From NCBI GenBank assembly GCA_951406725.2, contig OX597835.1:42222001-42286000 (forward strand): a stretch of DNA of 64,000 bases. Reading direction: 5' to 3'. The translations under genes and the position numbers were made by a program. Of this stretch, positions 26,581 through 37,808 are shown in pieces. Source of the DNA: Octopus vulgaris (Eukaryota). The notes under the pieces are model-generated. The model was not told where the DNA came from. It saw nothing but the letters and a program-made list of their open reading frames with translations, and did not search any database. Position 1 is the stretch's first letter. Every line of letters starts with the position of its first letter.

Positions 26581-26659
26581 CCACCATCACCATCATCACC
26601 ACCACCATCATCATCATCATCAACATCATCACCATCATCATCACCACCATCACCATCAC

Positions 26660-26701
<42 letters not shown>
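26419..26701. repeat. (CAT)n/(CAC)n compound trinucleotide repeat
   Basis: Read directly. Similar tracts at 812-892, 20150-20470 and 34265-34610. Confidence 0.95.
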
Positions 26702-26902
26702 AACTGCAGTGGATTGGTAGAACTGCTTGAGCAATTTCGAAAGAAGCGGGTTAGTTGATACGATCGACCCCACCGCACCGTACCCCCACCCGAATACTAC
26801 TACTACTACTACAACACTTGCACTTTTACGTTATTTTTATCGCATCCTCCCCCATCTCCCCAACGAAAGAGAGAGAGGGAGAGAGAGAGGGAGAGAGAGA
26901 GA

Positions 26903-26944
<42 letters not shown>

Positions 26945-27159
26945 CAAAGATAAGATAGAGAGGCAAAGTCGACCTTGGCGGGATGTGAACTCGGGATATT
27001 TATTAAAAGCTCCGGAAGAGATACCATCTGCTGCACATAGTTGCGATGTTTTATGTGGGTGTGTTGTTGAGCACGAAGAATCAGAATGGTGATACGATAT
27101 GTTATGATCTACATACATGTCAATATACACACACACACGCATAGGTACGTGTGTGTGTG

Positions 27160-27193
<34 letters not shown>

Positions 27194-27574
27194 AACGATG
27201 GGCTTCTTTCAGTTTCCACTTTCAAGGCTTTGATCGGCCCGAGGCTATAGCAGACGACACTTGCCCAAGGTGCCACGCTGTGGAACTGAACCCAGAACCA
27301 CGTGGTTAGTAAGCAAGCTACTTTACCACACATATGTATCTATGTGTATAAGTGTACTATGTTGCCCATGTATGTATGTGTATGTCTACCTATGTTCAGT
27401 ATGCATGTAATCTGTGTTGTGCATGTGTATACACTTCTTGTGTGTATACAAGCAATCTATCTATATAGATACTGTATGTATACCTATGTATGAAGTCCAC
27501 GATATGTATGTATATAGTTTCTGAGTGTATATGTATCTAGGTTGTGTGTAAGTAATATATGAGGTATATACACA

Positions 27575-27778
27575 GGTGGCGAGCTGGCTGAAACGTTAGC
27601 ACGCCGGGCGAAATGCTTAGCGGTATTTCGTCTGTCGTTACATTCTGAGTTCAAATTCCGCCGAGGTCGACTTTGCCTTTCATCCTCACGGGGTCGATAA
27701 ATTAAGTACCAGTTACGCACTGGGGATCGATGTAATCGACTTAATCCGTTTGTCTGTCCTTGTTTGTCCCCTCTATGT
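27575..27778 (+). mobile_element. SINE family B (Nin/Deu-domain-like); representative copy
   Basis: GGCGAGCTGGC...GAGTTCAAATTCC head, then GCCTTTCATCCT..CGGGGTCGATAAATTAAGTACC resembling the Nin/Deu central domain. Other copies at about 8920-9115-, 19441-19640+, 43700-43915-, 44390-44650+, 58270-58485-, 58540-58740-, 59470-59675-, 61950-62145-, 62165-62378-. Confidence 0.8.
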
Positions 27779-28489
27779 TTCCAACCACATAGTTTCCGGG
27801 TTCAGTCCCACAGCATGGCACTCTGGGCAAATGACTTCTACAATAGCCTCGGGTCGACCAAAGCCCAGTGAGTGGATTTAGTAGATGGAAACTGAAAGAA
27901 GCCAGTCGTATGTATATATGGTGGGTAGTAAAGAAATATATATTTCGTCTAGCTTTACGTTCTGAGTTCAAATTCCTCTGAGGTCGACTTTGCCTTTCAT
28001 CCTCTCGGAGTCGATAAATTTAGTACCAGTTGTGTACTGAGGTCGATCTAATCGATTGGCCTCCTCCCCCAAAATTTCGGGACTTGTGCCCAGACTATAA
28101 TAGAATATTTATGTGGATGGAGGGATGTATTTTCAGTCATTAGATTGCGGCCATGCTCGGGCACCGCTTAGAATTTTTAGGCGAATGAATCGACCCCAAT
28201 TCTTATTTTTTAAAGCATGGTACTTACTCTATCCGCTAAGTTACGGGGACGCAAACACCCCAACACGGGTTGTCAAGCGGTGGTGGTGGTGGGGTGGGGG
28301 CAAACACAGACACACATAGTCTTTTATTCTTTCACTTGTTTCAATAATTTGACTGTGGCCATGCTGGAGCACCGCTTTTAGTCGAACAAATCGGACTTAT
28401 TCTTTGTAAGCCCAGTACTTATTCTATCGGTTTGTTTTGCCGAACTGCTAAGTTACGGGGACGTAAACACATCATCATCGGTTGTCAAG

Positions 28490-28521
<32 letters not shown>

Positions 28522-28996
28522 CGACTGGCTTCTTTCAGTTTCCATCTGGGATTTTGTCGGCCCGAGGCTATTGTAGAAGTCATTTGCCCAAGGTGCCATG
28601 CTGTGGGACTGAACCCGGAACCCATGTGATTGGAAAGTAAGCTTCTTACCACACAGCCAGTCCTGCGCCTATACACACACGACGGGCTTCTTTCAGTTTC
28701 CGTCTATTCTTGCATGTATGTACATACGTATCTCCCCACCTACCTATCTACCTCCGATAACTACTACGGGTAGATTTTGCCACCCAGCTGTGCGTCGAGT
28801 GTGGAGAGGCGACACTAGCAAAGCAACGTGGCTAACAAGTCAGTTTCACAACGACACCAGTCCGGGGTTCGATCCCACGACTTGTACCTTAACCTCTGAT
28901 TTGATAATACTTTGCGAACGACGGGTGTTTGTGTACCTTTATGCCTGTGAGTGTGCATGCATGCATATGTATGTGTGTGTATTTGTTTATATATTC

Positions 28997-29042
<46 letters not shown>

Positions 29043-29136
29043 ATATTTATATATATAATACACACACATGTATAAATATATATATTATAGATGTACATAC
29101 AAATGTGTGTGCGTGTGTATACTATGTACATATGTT

Positions 29137-29182
<46 letters not shown>

Positions 29183-29215
29183 TTTGTATGTACATATTTA
29201 TATATAGGATCAGCT

Positions 29216-29280
<65 letters not shown>

Positions 29281-29616
29281 GTATATATGTATGTATATAT
29301 GTATGTCTATATATATATATATATAAGATCAGTCAGGCCTCTACTAAGTCATACTCCATCTTAATAAGTAAAAACGACACATGAGGGCAATATCATGCAA
29401 CACACTCTGTGCCCGAAATAAACTGCAAACCAGGCAGTCACGACTGGCACTCCTCTTGCTCAAATGTAGGTCTGTTTTAGATCACAGCCGACCTTGGGTT
29501 AAACAGCAGCAACAAGTTAACAATTTATACCCGAAATCTCTCTCAACTCTTCTTCTTCTTCGTTGCTTTGTGCAACACCACACCATTAGACAGCCAACTG
29601 CACGAACCGTCAACTC

Positions 29617-29647
<31 letters not shown>

Positions 29648-30199
29648 CATATATATACACACATATATATACATGAGCGTGTGTGTGATGGAGGAGATAG
29701 ATTTTATTTTAACCTCTCTCTATGAAAGCAACAGTGTTCGATTGAACTGTTTCCAGACAGTTTTTTTAATTCAATCCTATTTCAGCACATTTAATCTTAT
29801 TATAGATATTTAGATAGGGAAAAAAAAAACAACAAAAAAAGATATATAAATAATAATAATAATAATGATAATAATCTGTCCGGTTGTACATCTTAACTTT
29901 TATTTTCCACCTCGCCAATCAACAGCACCACCACCACCACCACCCTGCAAATCATCTCCTTATTGCTACAAGCTTAAACAGTAGCTTGTTATAGCACATA
30001 AAAATTAAAAGTTAAGGTATGCGGTGCTTGTAACCCGTGCTAACCTATTCCTCAAACCTCTTAACTTTTCACCAATGGATTTGTCCGGCCGCGAAGGGCA
30101 AATATCTTATGGCCAGTGGAACACCTCAATGCCGGGTAAACCACAGTTTTATCTTCTTTAACAACATGTCTTCTCTCTCCTTGTCACTCACTCTCATTC

Positions 30200-30214
30200 C
30201 TATCTATCTATCTG

Positions 30215-30253
<39 letters not shown>

Positions 30254-30266
30254 GTCTGTCTATCTA

Positions 30267-30358
<92 letters not shown>

Positions 30359-30411
30359 CCTATCTATCTACCTACCTACCTACCTACCTACCTACCTACA
30401 TATCTACCTCC

Positions 30412-30478
<67 letters not shown>

Positions 30479-30530
30479 CCTACCTATCTACCTCCCTATC
30501 TATCTATCTATCTATCTACCTACCTATCTA
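30200..30530. repeat. (TCTA)n/(TCTG)n/(CCTA)n compound microsatellite
   Basis: Read directly from the sequence. Confidence 0.95.
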
Positions 30531-31854
30531 GTTTAGCGTTTAACTGTCAGGTAAAGATGAGAACTTAATCCCATACTCGAGATTATTAATATTATTTCGG
30601 TCGAGGTCAGTCTCTGGCTACTCTGAATTTCACCTGTTTTAGTGCACAAGGTATCCAGGTAAGTCATAACTTCACTGTGTACCCACCGAGGTAAAACTCA
30701 GAGTAGCAAAAGACCGACTCGGCCAATAAATACATACATACATAGTTATAGACTTTTTGTTATTCATTATAGCTTGTTGCTTGCTGCACGCCATTCCCCG
30801 CTGCGTTTATTTTAGTCTTAAAAGTATTTCGGCATTTCGACTACCCCGGGTAGCAATCATTTATTTCGTCAACACTTAAAGATAGATATAGACGTCAGCC
30901 CACCCTGGTTAAACGTTTATTTACTTTAACCCCTTCTCTCTCTATATATATCTCCCGTTTTCTCTTCTCTCTCTCTCTCCATCTTCTTCTCTTTTGTTCT
31001 ATCGTAGAAACAAAAGTCTGTCGGGATATTAATCAACAAGGCCTGCATCTACATAGATTCTCTTGGGTAGAAATCTGATACCCAAACCTCCCACTGCAAA
31101 AAAACAAAACTCCTGCCCCATCAGCCGGCAATTTTCTTTTCTCCCCCACATTCTTCTTTTTCTTCATTCTTCTATTGTCTTCACAGAGGTGAGTTCTGTA
31201 ATGTCTACGCCCTGCAGTCTCTTCTCTCTCTCTCTCTCGACTTCCAAGTTCATAGTTTATCAAATGCCGTTCCTAAATAAACGTAGCGACTCGGTTATTT
31301 TAGACTTTAAGTGTAATCTATCTTTTCAAATGATGTTCTTATTAAATGTTATTTTGATAAGCAAACATGTCTATATTAACCTTTTAGTTTTATCGATTTA
31401 GCTAAATATTAATTTCGGGAATTGACAGATGAGGAAAAGTAAATGAACTTTATTTCATGTAACAAACAAATAAATAAATAGATGATATATATATATATGA
31501 ATAAATAAAGGTCCCTAAATTAGGGATTTACTTAAGGAATGTGTGTATGTGTGTGTTTGTACGTTTCTTTTACTGTCTTGCGTGTGAATACCTTTCTCTG
31601 TGTGTGTGTATCTGTGTGCTTGAGTCCGTGTGTGTGTCTGAGAGGGAGTACCTGTGAGTGAGTATCTATTTGTGTGTGTGTGTGCGTACGAGTCCGTGTA
31701 TATGCATGTATCTGTTTATGTGTATGCACATCTAATGTCTGTGGCGTCTGTGTGAATACACGTGTATTAGTACATGTGTGTGTGTGTATGTACACACACA
31801 CACATAACACATTGTACACAGCTGTCTATATTAATTTTATCTATCATCTATCTA

Positions 31855-32005
31855 TATAATATATTATATAATATATATATATAATATATGTATATAATAT
31901 ATATATATATTATATGATATATTATATATAATATATATATATATTATATGATATATTATATATAATATATATATATATATTATATACATATATTATATGA
32001 TATAT

Positions 32006-32050
<45 letters not shown>

Positions 32051-32341
32051 TTATATGATATATTATATATAATATATGTATATAATATATATATATATTA
32101 TATGATATATTATATATAATATATATATATATATTATATACATATATTATATGATATATTATATATAATATATGTATATAATATATATATATATTATATG
32201 ATATATTATATATAATATATATATATATTATATACATATATATATATTATATAATATATTATATACATATATATATATTATATAATATATTATATATAAT
32301 ATATATATAATATATGTATATAATATATATATATATATATA
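31855..32341. repeat. Almost pure A/T complex (TA)n minisatellite
   Basis: About 490 bp with repeating TATTATATGATATATTATATATAATATAT units. Confidence 0.95.
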
Positions 32342-32665
32342 GTGAGAATTTACAAAAAGACAAAAGAAGAAGACGGGTGTGTAAACAACAGATGTATTAG
32401 TTTAACGCTCGGGGAGCAAGAAAGTCTTTTACGTTTCGAGCCTACGCTCTTCGACAGAAAGGAACACAGAAATAAACAGGGAGAGAAAATCGAAAAGGGT
32501 TTAGTGGCTAGCGTATACATACACACACATACATATAATACATACATACATATATAATACATACATACATATATATATAGTCAATGTATCATATATCCGA
32601 AAAAGAACCACACTTAAAAGCATAGAGCAGTACTGTGTTTGTAAGTGAAGTCTATGTCCAGTCAT

Positions 32666-32727
32666 GGAGTGACCTGTGGTTTCGCGTCCACAAAGGGCTC
32701 GGCCCCATTTACCGCTCGCCAGACTCT
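32666..32727 (-). ncRNA. Second, variant type I hammerhead motif on the opposite strand
   Basis: Minus strand reads AGAGT-CTGGCGA-GCG...(GGGC cga GCCC)...CGC-GAAA-CC aca GG-TC-ACTCC. GUC triplet; the core has an A6-to-G change. Confidence 0.5.
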
Positions 32728-32765
32728 AAAGCCGAAGAGATGAAGAGTTACATTTTCTTCGGCTT

Positions 32766-32811
32766 TAGAGTCTGACGAGACGTCCACGATGCGAAACCAT
32801 TGGTTACTCTA
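32766..32811 (+). ncRNA. Type I hammerhead ribozyme motif, sense to the host pre-mRNA
   Basis: TAGAGT-CTGACGA-G(A)CGTC cac GATGC-GAAA-CC att GG-TT-ACTCTA. Intact core, 6-bp stem I, stem II with one bulge, short stem III, GUU triplet (predicted cut after 32805). Activity untested. Confidence 0.6.
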
Positions 32812-33317
32812 TAACCAGACATAGACTTAACTACATAGAAATGAATACATACACACACACACATATATGTTTGCATTTGTGTGTGTGTGTGTGTATGTGT
32901 GTGTATGCACACACTCATATATCTTTAGAAAGTTGTTTGTCATGGCCGGGCAGAGAGCGACCATTGGTTTCTCCTCTTTAAAGAGCTTAGCTGTACAGGC
33001 GACTCGTCCGGTTCAAATGGCTGGAGGCCGGTGTGAAACTATTGATCACTCTTTCACCGGCCATAGCAACTACTCTAAACTGGCCATAACAACTACTCTA
33101 ATGTTTTAGAGCAGGCGCGGTCCCAGGAATTTTTCGAGGGGAGGACACAAGGTCAGATGGGAATACAATTTCAAGAGAAAAGGGGCGTCATAACATTATT
33201 TAGAAAGGTGCACTTCTTTTCTTAGGGGGGCGGGGAGCACGTGCCCCTCAGCTGCCCTATCCCAGGGTCTGCCTCTGTAGAGTGTGCTTCTTTTTCGGAT
33301 ATATGAATTACTGACCG

Positions 33318-33397
<80 letters not shown>

Positions 33398-33885
33398 TTG
33401 TGTGTGTGTGTGTGTATGAGTACTTGTGTGTACTTCTGGGCTCTGTTTCTGTGTATGCATCTGTATGTGTAATATATCTGTAAGTACCTGTTTGTCTCTG
33501 TAAAAGCCTCTCTCTCTGTGTGTGTGAGTAATCACACCTAATAACATTCAGGTAATAATGCATCACAGGTGCAAACTAATTTGCCTCTGATTGTTGTTGT
33601 TGTTGTTACAGCTCTTCCCTGACTTATGAAGTCCCTCCCTAACACAACCGACTCACTTCACAACATTGACTAGTGTTGTTGTTGTTATTATTATTATTAA
33701 ATTATCACTAAATAAACATTTTAGATTAATCTTCCGAAGTTTCTAGATGATAATATCTCTGTGTATGTCTGTCTGTCTGTCTCTCTCTCTCTATATATAT
33801 ATACACATACACACACATCTGTGTGTGTGTGAGCATACGTATATATATATATATATATGCATATACACGTCTATCTATACATATC

Positions 33886-33923
<38 letters not shown>

Positions 33924-33950
33924 TATACACGTCTATCTATACATATCTGT

Positions 33951-34005
<55 letters not shown>

Positions 34006-34977
34006 TATGTCTATATGGATCTATAAGCATGCATACATACATCTGTATATTTGTATACATAAATTTCTATTTATACATACCTATGCGTATGTATGTATCT
34101 AAGCAGCAGCAGCAGCTGTAGTATGTTTCATTCCACAAAGTCTTGCATGAAAGTTGAATCAGTTTTTTTTGTTTTTGTTTTCGTTTTTGTTTTGTTTCTT
34201 ATTGTGTGTTGAGTGCGTAATTGACGATGAATGGGCCAACGTTGTTACGTGTACTGGCAGAAAGTACACCACCACCACCACCACCTTCGTTTTTAACATC
34301 ATTAACAAGAACATCAGCAACGCAACCACCACCACCTTCTACATCATTATCAACTCTAACAACAGAAACGTAATCATCATCGTCAAGAACAACAACACAC
34401 CCATATACACCACCACCACCACCACCATCATTAACATCATCATCATCACCACCACCATCATCATCACGGTCTCATCATTATCTACACGAACAATCAACAA
34501 TTATTATTACCAGCACCACCGGTACAATTTCATCATCATCATCATCATCGCTAACAACAAGTATAACGCAGTTATCATCATCATCATCGTCGTCATCATC
34601 ATCATCACAATAACAGCTGTTATGATGAATATTAAACCAGCTCACCTCTACTAACGTCTATTACGCGAATTGTAGAGCAACCTCTGTCTGTCTCCCTTTC
34701 TAATTCTTTCTCTTCTCGCCCCGGGACACAACTGTATACTGCAGGAAGGGTTACAGGTACAAAAGCAGTAGTAACACACCTGGTTATGTTTATAAGCGAT
34801 TAAAAAACCAGCCAGCCGACCGACCGACCGAGCAACTAGCCGGCCAACCCGCCAACCAACCAGCCAGACATGGTTGCCCTCCTGACAACGAACACGCAAA
34901 ACGAAATGCAGTCCCCGATTGTTGTACAAAATTCAGGTTGACTTGCTATGCTGAAAGTCAATATTAACTATTTTCAG

Positions 34978-35142
34978 ACTATTCACCAAGATCTTGAGAG
35001 AGAACAGCCAGTTGTGAAGTCGACCCTCGCCGAGGCCGAGGAAATACTAGAAGCCAGGGAGATCTCGAAGAAGGCCGAGAAGGATCAGCAATACCAAAAA
35101 CTGCGTTACAATACATCGGATTTAAAGTTCCGCTTCGGAGCC
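34978..35142 (+). CDS. MACF1: Coding exon E (phase 0-0), spectrin repeat: TIHQDLEREQPVV...DLKFRFGA
   Basis: Acceptor tattttcag, donor GCC|gtaagt. 55 codons with an amphipathic helical pattern. Confidence 0.9.
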
Positions 35143-36224
35143 GTAAGTAAATCCATCGTTTTTCTTTTTGTTTTGTTTTGTATAGTTAATGAATTTTTTT
35201 TTTAATCGATTTTTTTTACTCGTTCAAAACTGTTCTTTTTTCTATTGAAGCTGTTTAAAAAAAAAATTATGAGGGTAATCTTTCAGTTTATGATTACAAA
35301 AATGAAAGTGAAGGGAATTATTGTAAATAATCGGGATTTTAAACTTTGGAAAAAAAAAAAATTGGTTTGTTTTTACTCGGAATTGTAATTTTGCTTTTAA
35401 ACGTAGAATTCCTTAAGAATTTTTTGGGGGTGGGGTGGGGGTGGGGAGTAAAAATAAATGAATAATAAAAAAAAAAATAAAAAGTTAAAAGCAAATAGTT
35501 TGGGGTGAAGTGTGGGTTGGGTAATTTAGAATTTGAAAAACTCTTTTTGTTATTATTGAATTAAATTAAATTAATTTATTTACAGAATCTATAATCTCTG
35601 TTTTTGAAAACAGGAATCCAAAGAAATTTTTGTTTATGAAATAACAAAATGTTTTCTTTTATTTCGAGGTGGGTCGGTGCCAATTTAATATAACTGTTTG
35701 TATGTTGTCATCAAATAGTATCACTGTTTCTCATTTCCATTTTCGTGATCATAAAACGAAAGAATACCAAATCTGATAAAACTAACGATGTTCTTTGTTG
35801 ACAAAATTCTACAAAAACTTGCCATAGTAGAATCTCTTCTTCTTCATGACAATTTATTCCAAAGGCCAAACTTTTTTCTTCATTTTGTTTCCTTATATTT
35901 TATGATTCATACCAAAACATTGGAAGACGAGTTCACAATTTCAAAAAGATGTTAAACTCAACTAACATGTCTTAGATTATTATTCTTATAAAGAAGTTGT
36001 CTTGTAGCATAAAAGATGATTGTCAGTCGGTTCATCTCAGGTTGGATCCATTGCGTGTATGGCCCCCCTCCTAGTTTTACAATTCTTCGTCCCATGAGGA
36101 ACTGGTTTTTTTCTTGTAGAGGACAAGATGGCTGAATAAGGTGCTGGTTTACCATCTCGTAGGTGTTGGTTCCGTTGTCTTTGGGCAGAACGTTATATTC
36201 TACATCCGTTAACCCAACTGCTCA

Positions 36225-37155
36225 CCTCTAGCTGTGGTCTGTCTGTATCTGCCCCTCCCACTAACTGCGGTCTGCTTGTACGGTCCCCTCCCTCCAGCTG
36301 TGAGCTTTGGCATGTGTTAGTATAGTTCCTCCCTCCAGACGTGGTCTATCGATAGCCACTCCTTCCTCGAGCTGTGGCCTAATGTTCAGGCCCTGCCCTC
36401 CAGCTGTGGCCTGCCTCTACCAGTTAGTCCTGTCTGTGCAAGCTTCTTCTTTCAGCTTTTATATGTCTGTATAGCCCCTCCTTCAACTGTGGTCTATCGA
36501 TAGCCGCTCCTTCCTCCAGCTGTGGTCTATGTGTTCAAGCCCTTCCCTCAAGCTCCGGCCTGCCTGTCAATACTACGCACTCCCTCTAGCTGTGGTCTGT
36601 CTCTACTCGCCTCTTCCTCCAGCTGTGATCTGTCTCTATCAGTTACTCCCTCTGTCGGTACCAGCTTTTGTGCGTGTGTATAGCCCCTGCCTTCAGATGT
36701 GGTCTATCGATAGCAGCCTCTTCCTCTAGCTGTGGCCTCTTTGTTCAAGCCCTTCTCTTCAGCTGTGGTCTATCTATACCAGCCCCGCCCTCCAGCTGTG
36801 GCTCGTCTGTCAATGCCACCAACTCCCGCTAGCCTCTCCCTCCAGCTGTTGTCTTCCAGTCTCTACCAGCCCTCTTCCTATGGCTGTGATGTTTGTATCT
36901 GTTCCTCCTTCCAGCTTTTGTATGTCTCTACAGCCCCTCCCTTCAGATGTGGTCTATATGACGCACTCCCTGTTAGCTGTGGTCTATCTATATTAGCCAC
37001 TGTCCCCAATTGTGGTCTATTCTTATCACACCTCTTCTAACTGTGATCAGTCTAGTTTAGCTCCACCCACTCCCGTAGTCTTTCTATATCATCCCCCGCT
37101 CCATCAGCGGTCTATCTTTTTTAGCCCTACCCCTACGGTGGTCTATCTCTATCAA
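36225..37155. repeat. Degenerate ~35-bp minisatellite, core CCTCCAGCTGTGGTCT
   Basis: The core recurs more than 20 times with variable linkers. Confidence 0.85.
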
Positions 37156-37420
37156 CCCATACGTCAATAAATTATAAAGCAATTTTTGTTCTCAGGTTTA
37201 AGTGAGAATCAACTTGAAGTGGATATTTTAACTGTTTTCTTTTTCTTCCAACAGAAATTTAATTAATTTGTCTGTTAATTATCTCCGCTTTCGTCACATC
37301 TCGTCTTTTGTTGTTAACTGATGTTTTGAGCTGCCTTTTTGAAATTAGTTTCTGATTTATTGAGCGAAAGCGGAGTTGTACTTACTTGTCTAGCATTTGA
37401 CTTGTTCCGAGTCTGTCTCT

Positions 37421-37808
37421 CTTTACTCTTTTACTTGTTTCAGTCATTTGACTGCGGCCATGCTGGAGCACCGCCTTTAGTCGAGCAACTCGACCCCGGG
37501 ACTTATTCTTTTTGTAAGCCCTGTACTTATTCTATCGGTCTCTTTTGCCGAACCGCTAAGTAACGGTGACATAAACACACCAGCATCGGTTGTCAAGCAA
37601 TGCTAGGGGGACAAACACAGACACACAAACGCATATATATATATATATACGACGGGCTTCTTTCAGTTTCCGTCTTCCAAATCCACTCACAAGGCTTTGG
37701 TCGGCCCGAGACTATAGTAGAAGACACTTGCCCAAGGTGCCACGCAGTGGGACTGAACCAGGAACCATGTGGTTGGTAAACAAGCTACTTACCACACAGC
37801 CACTCCTG
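37421..37808 (-). mobile_element. SINE family A copy
   Basis: Near full-length reverse complement of 22297-22688. Confidence 0.88.

Noticed and set aside
37196-37201. Possible 6-nt poison microexon or recursive splice site (ttttgttctcag|GTTTAA|gtgaga)
   Set aside because: Motif-only evidence that is common by chance in AT-rich introns; needs junction reads.
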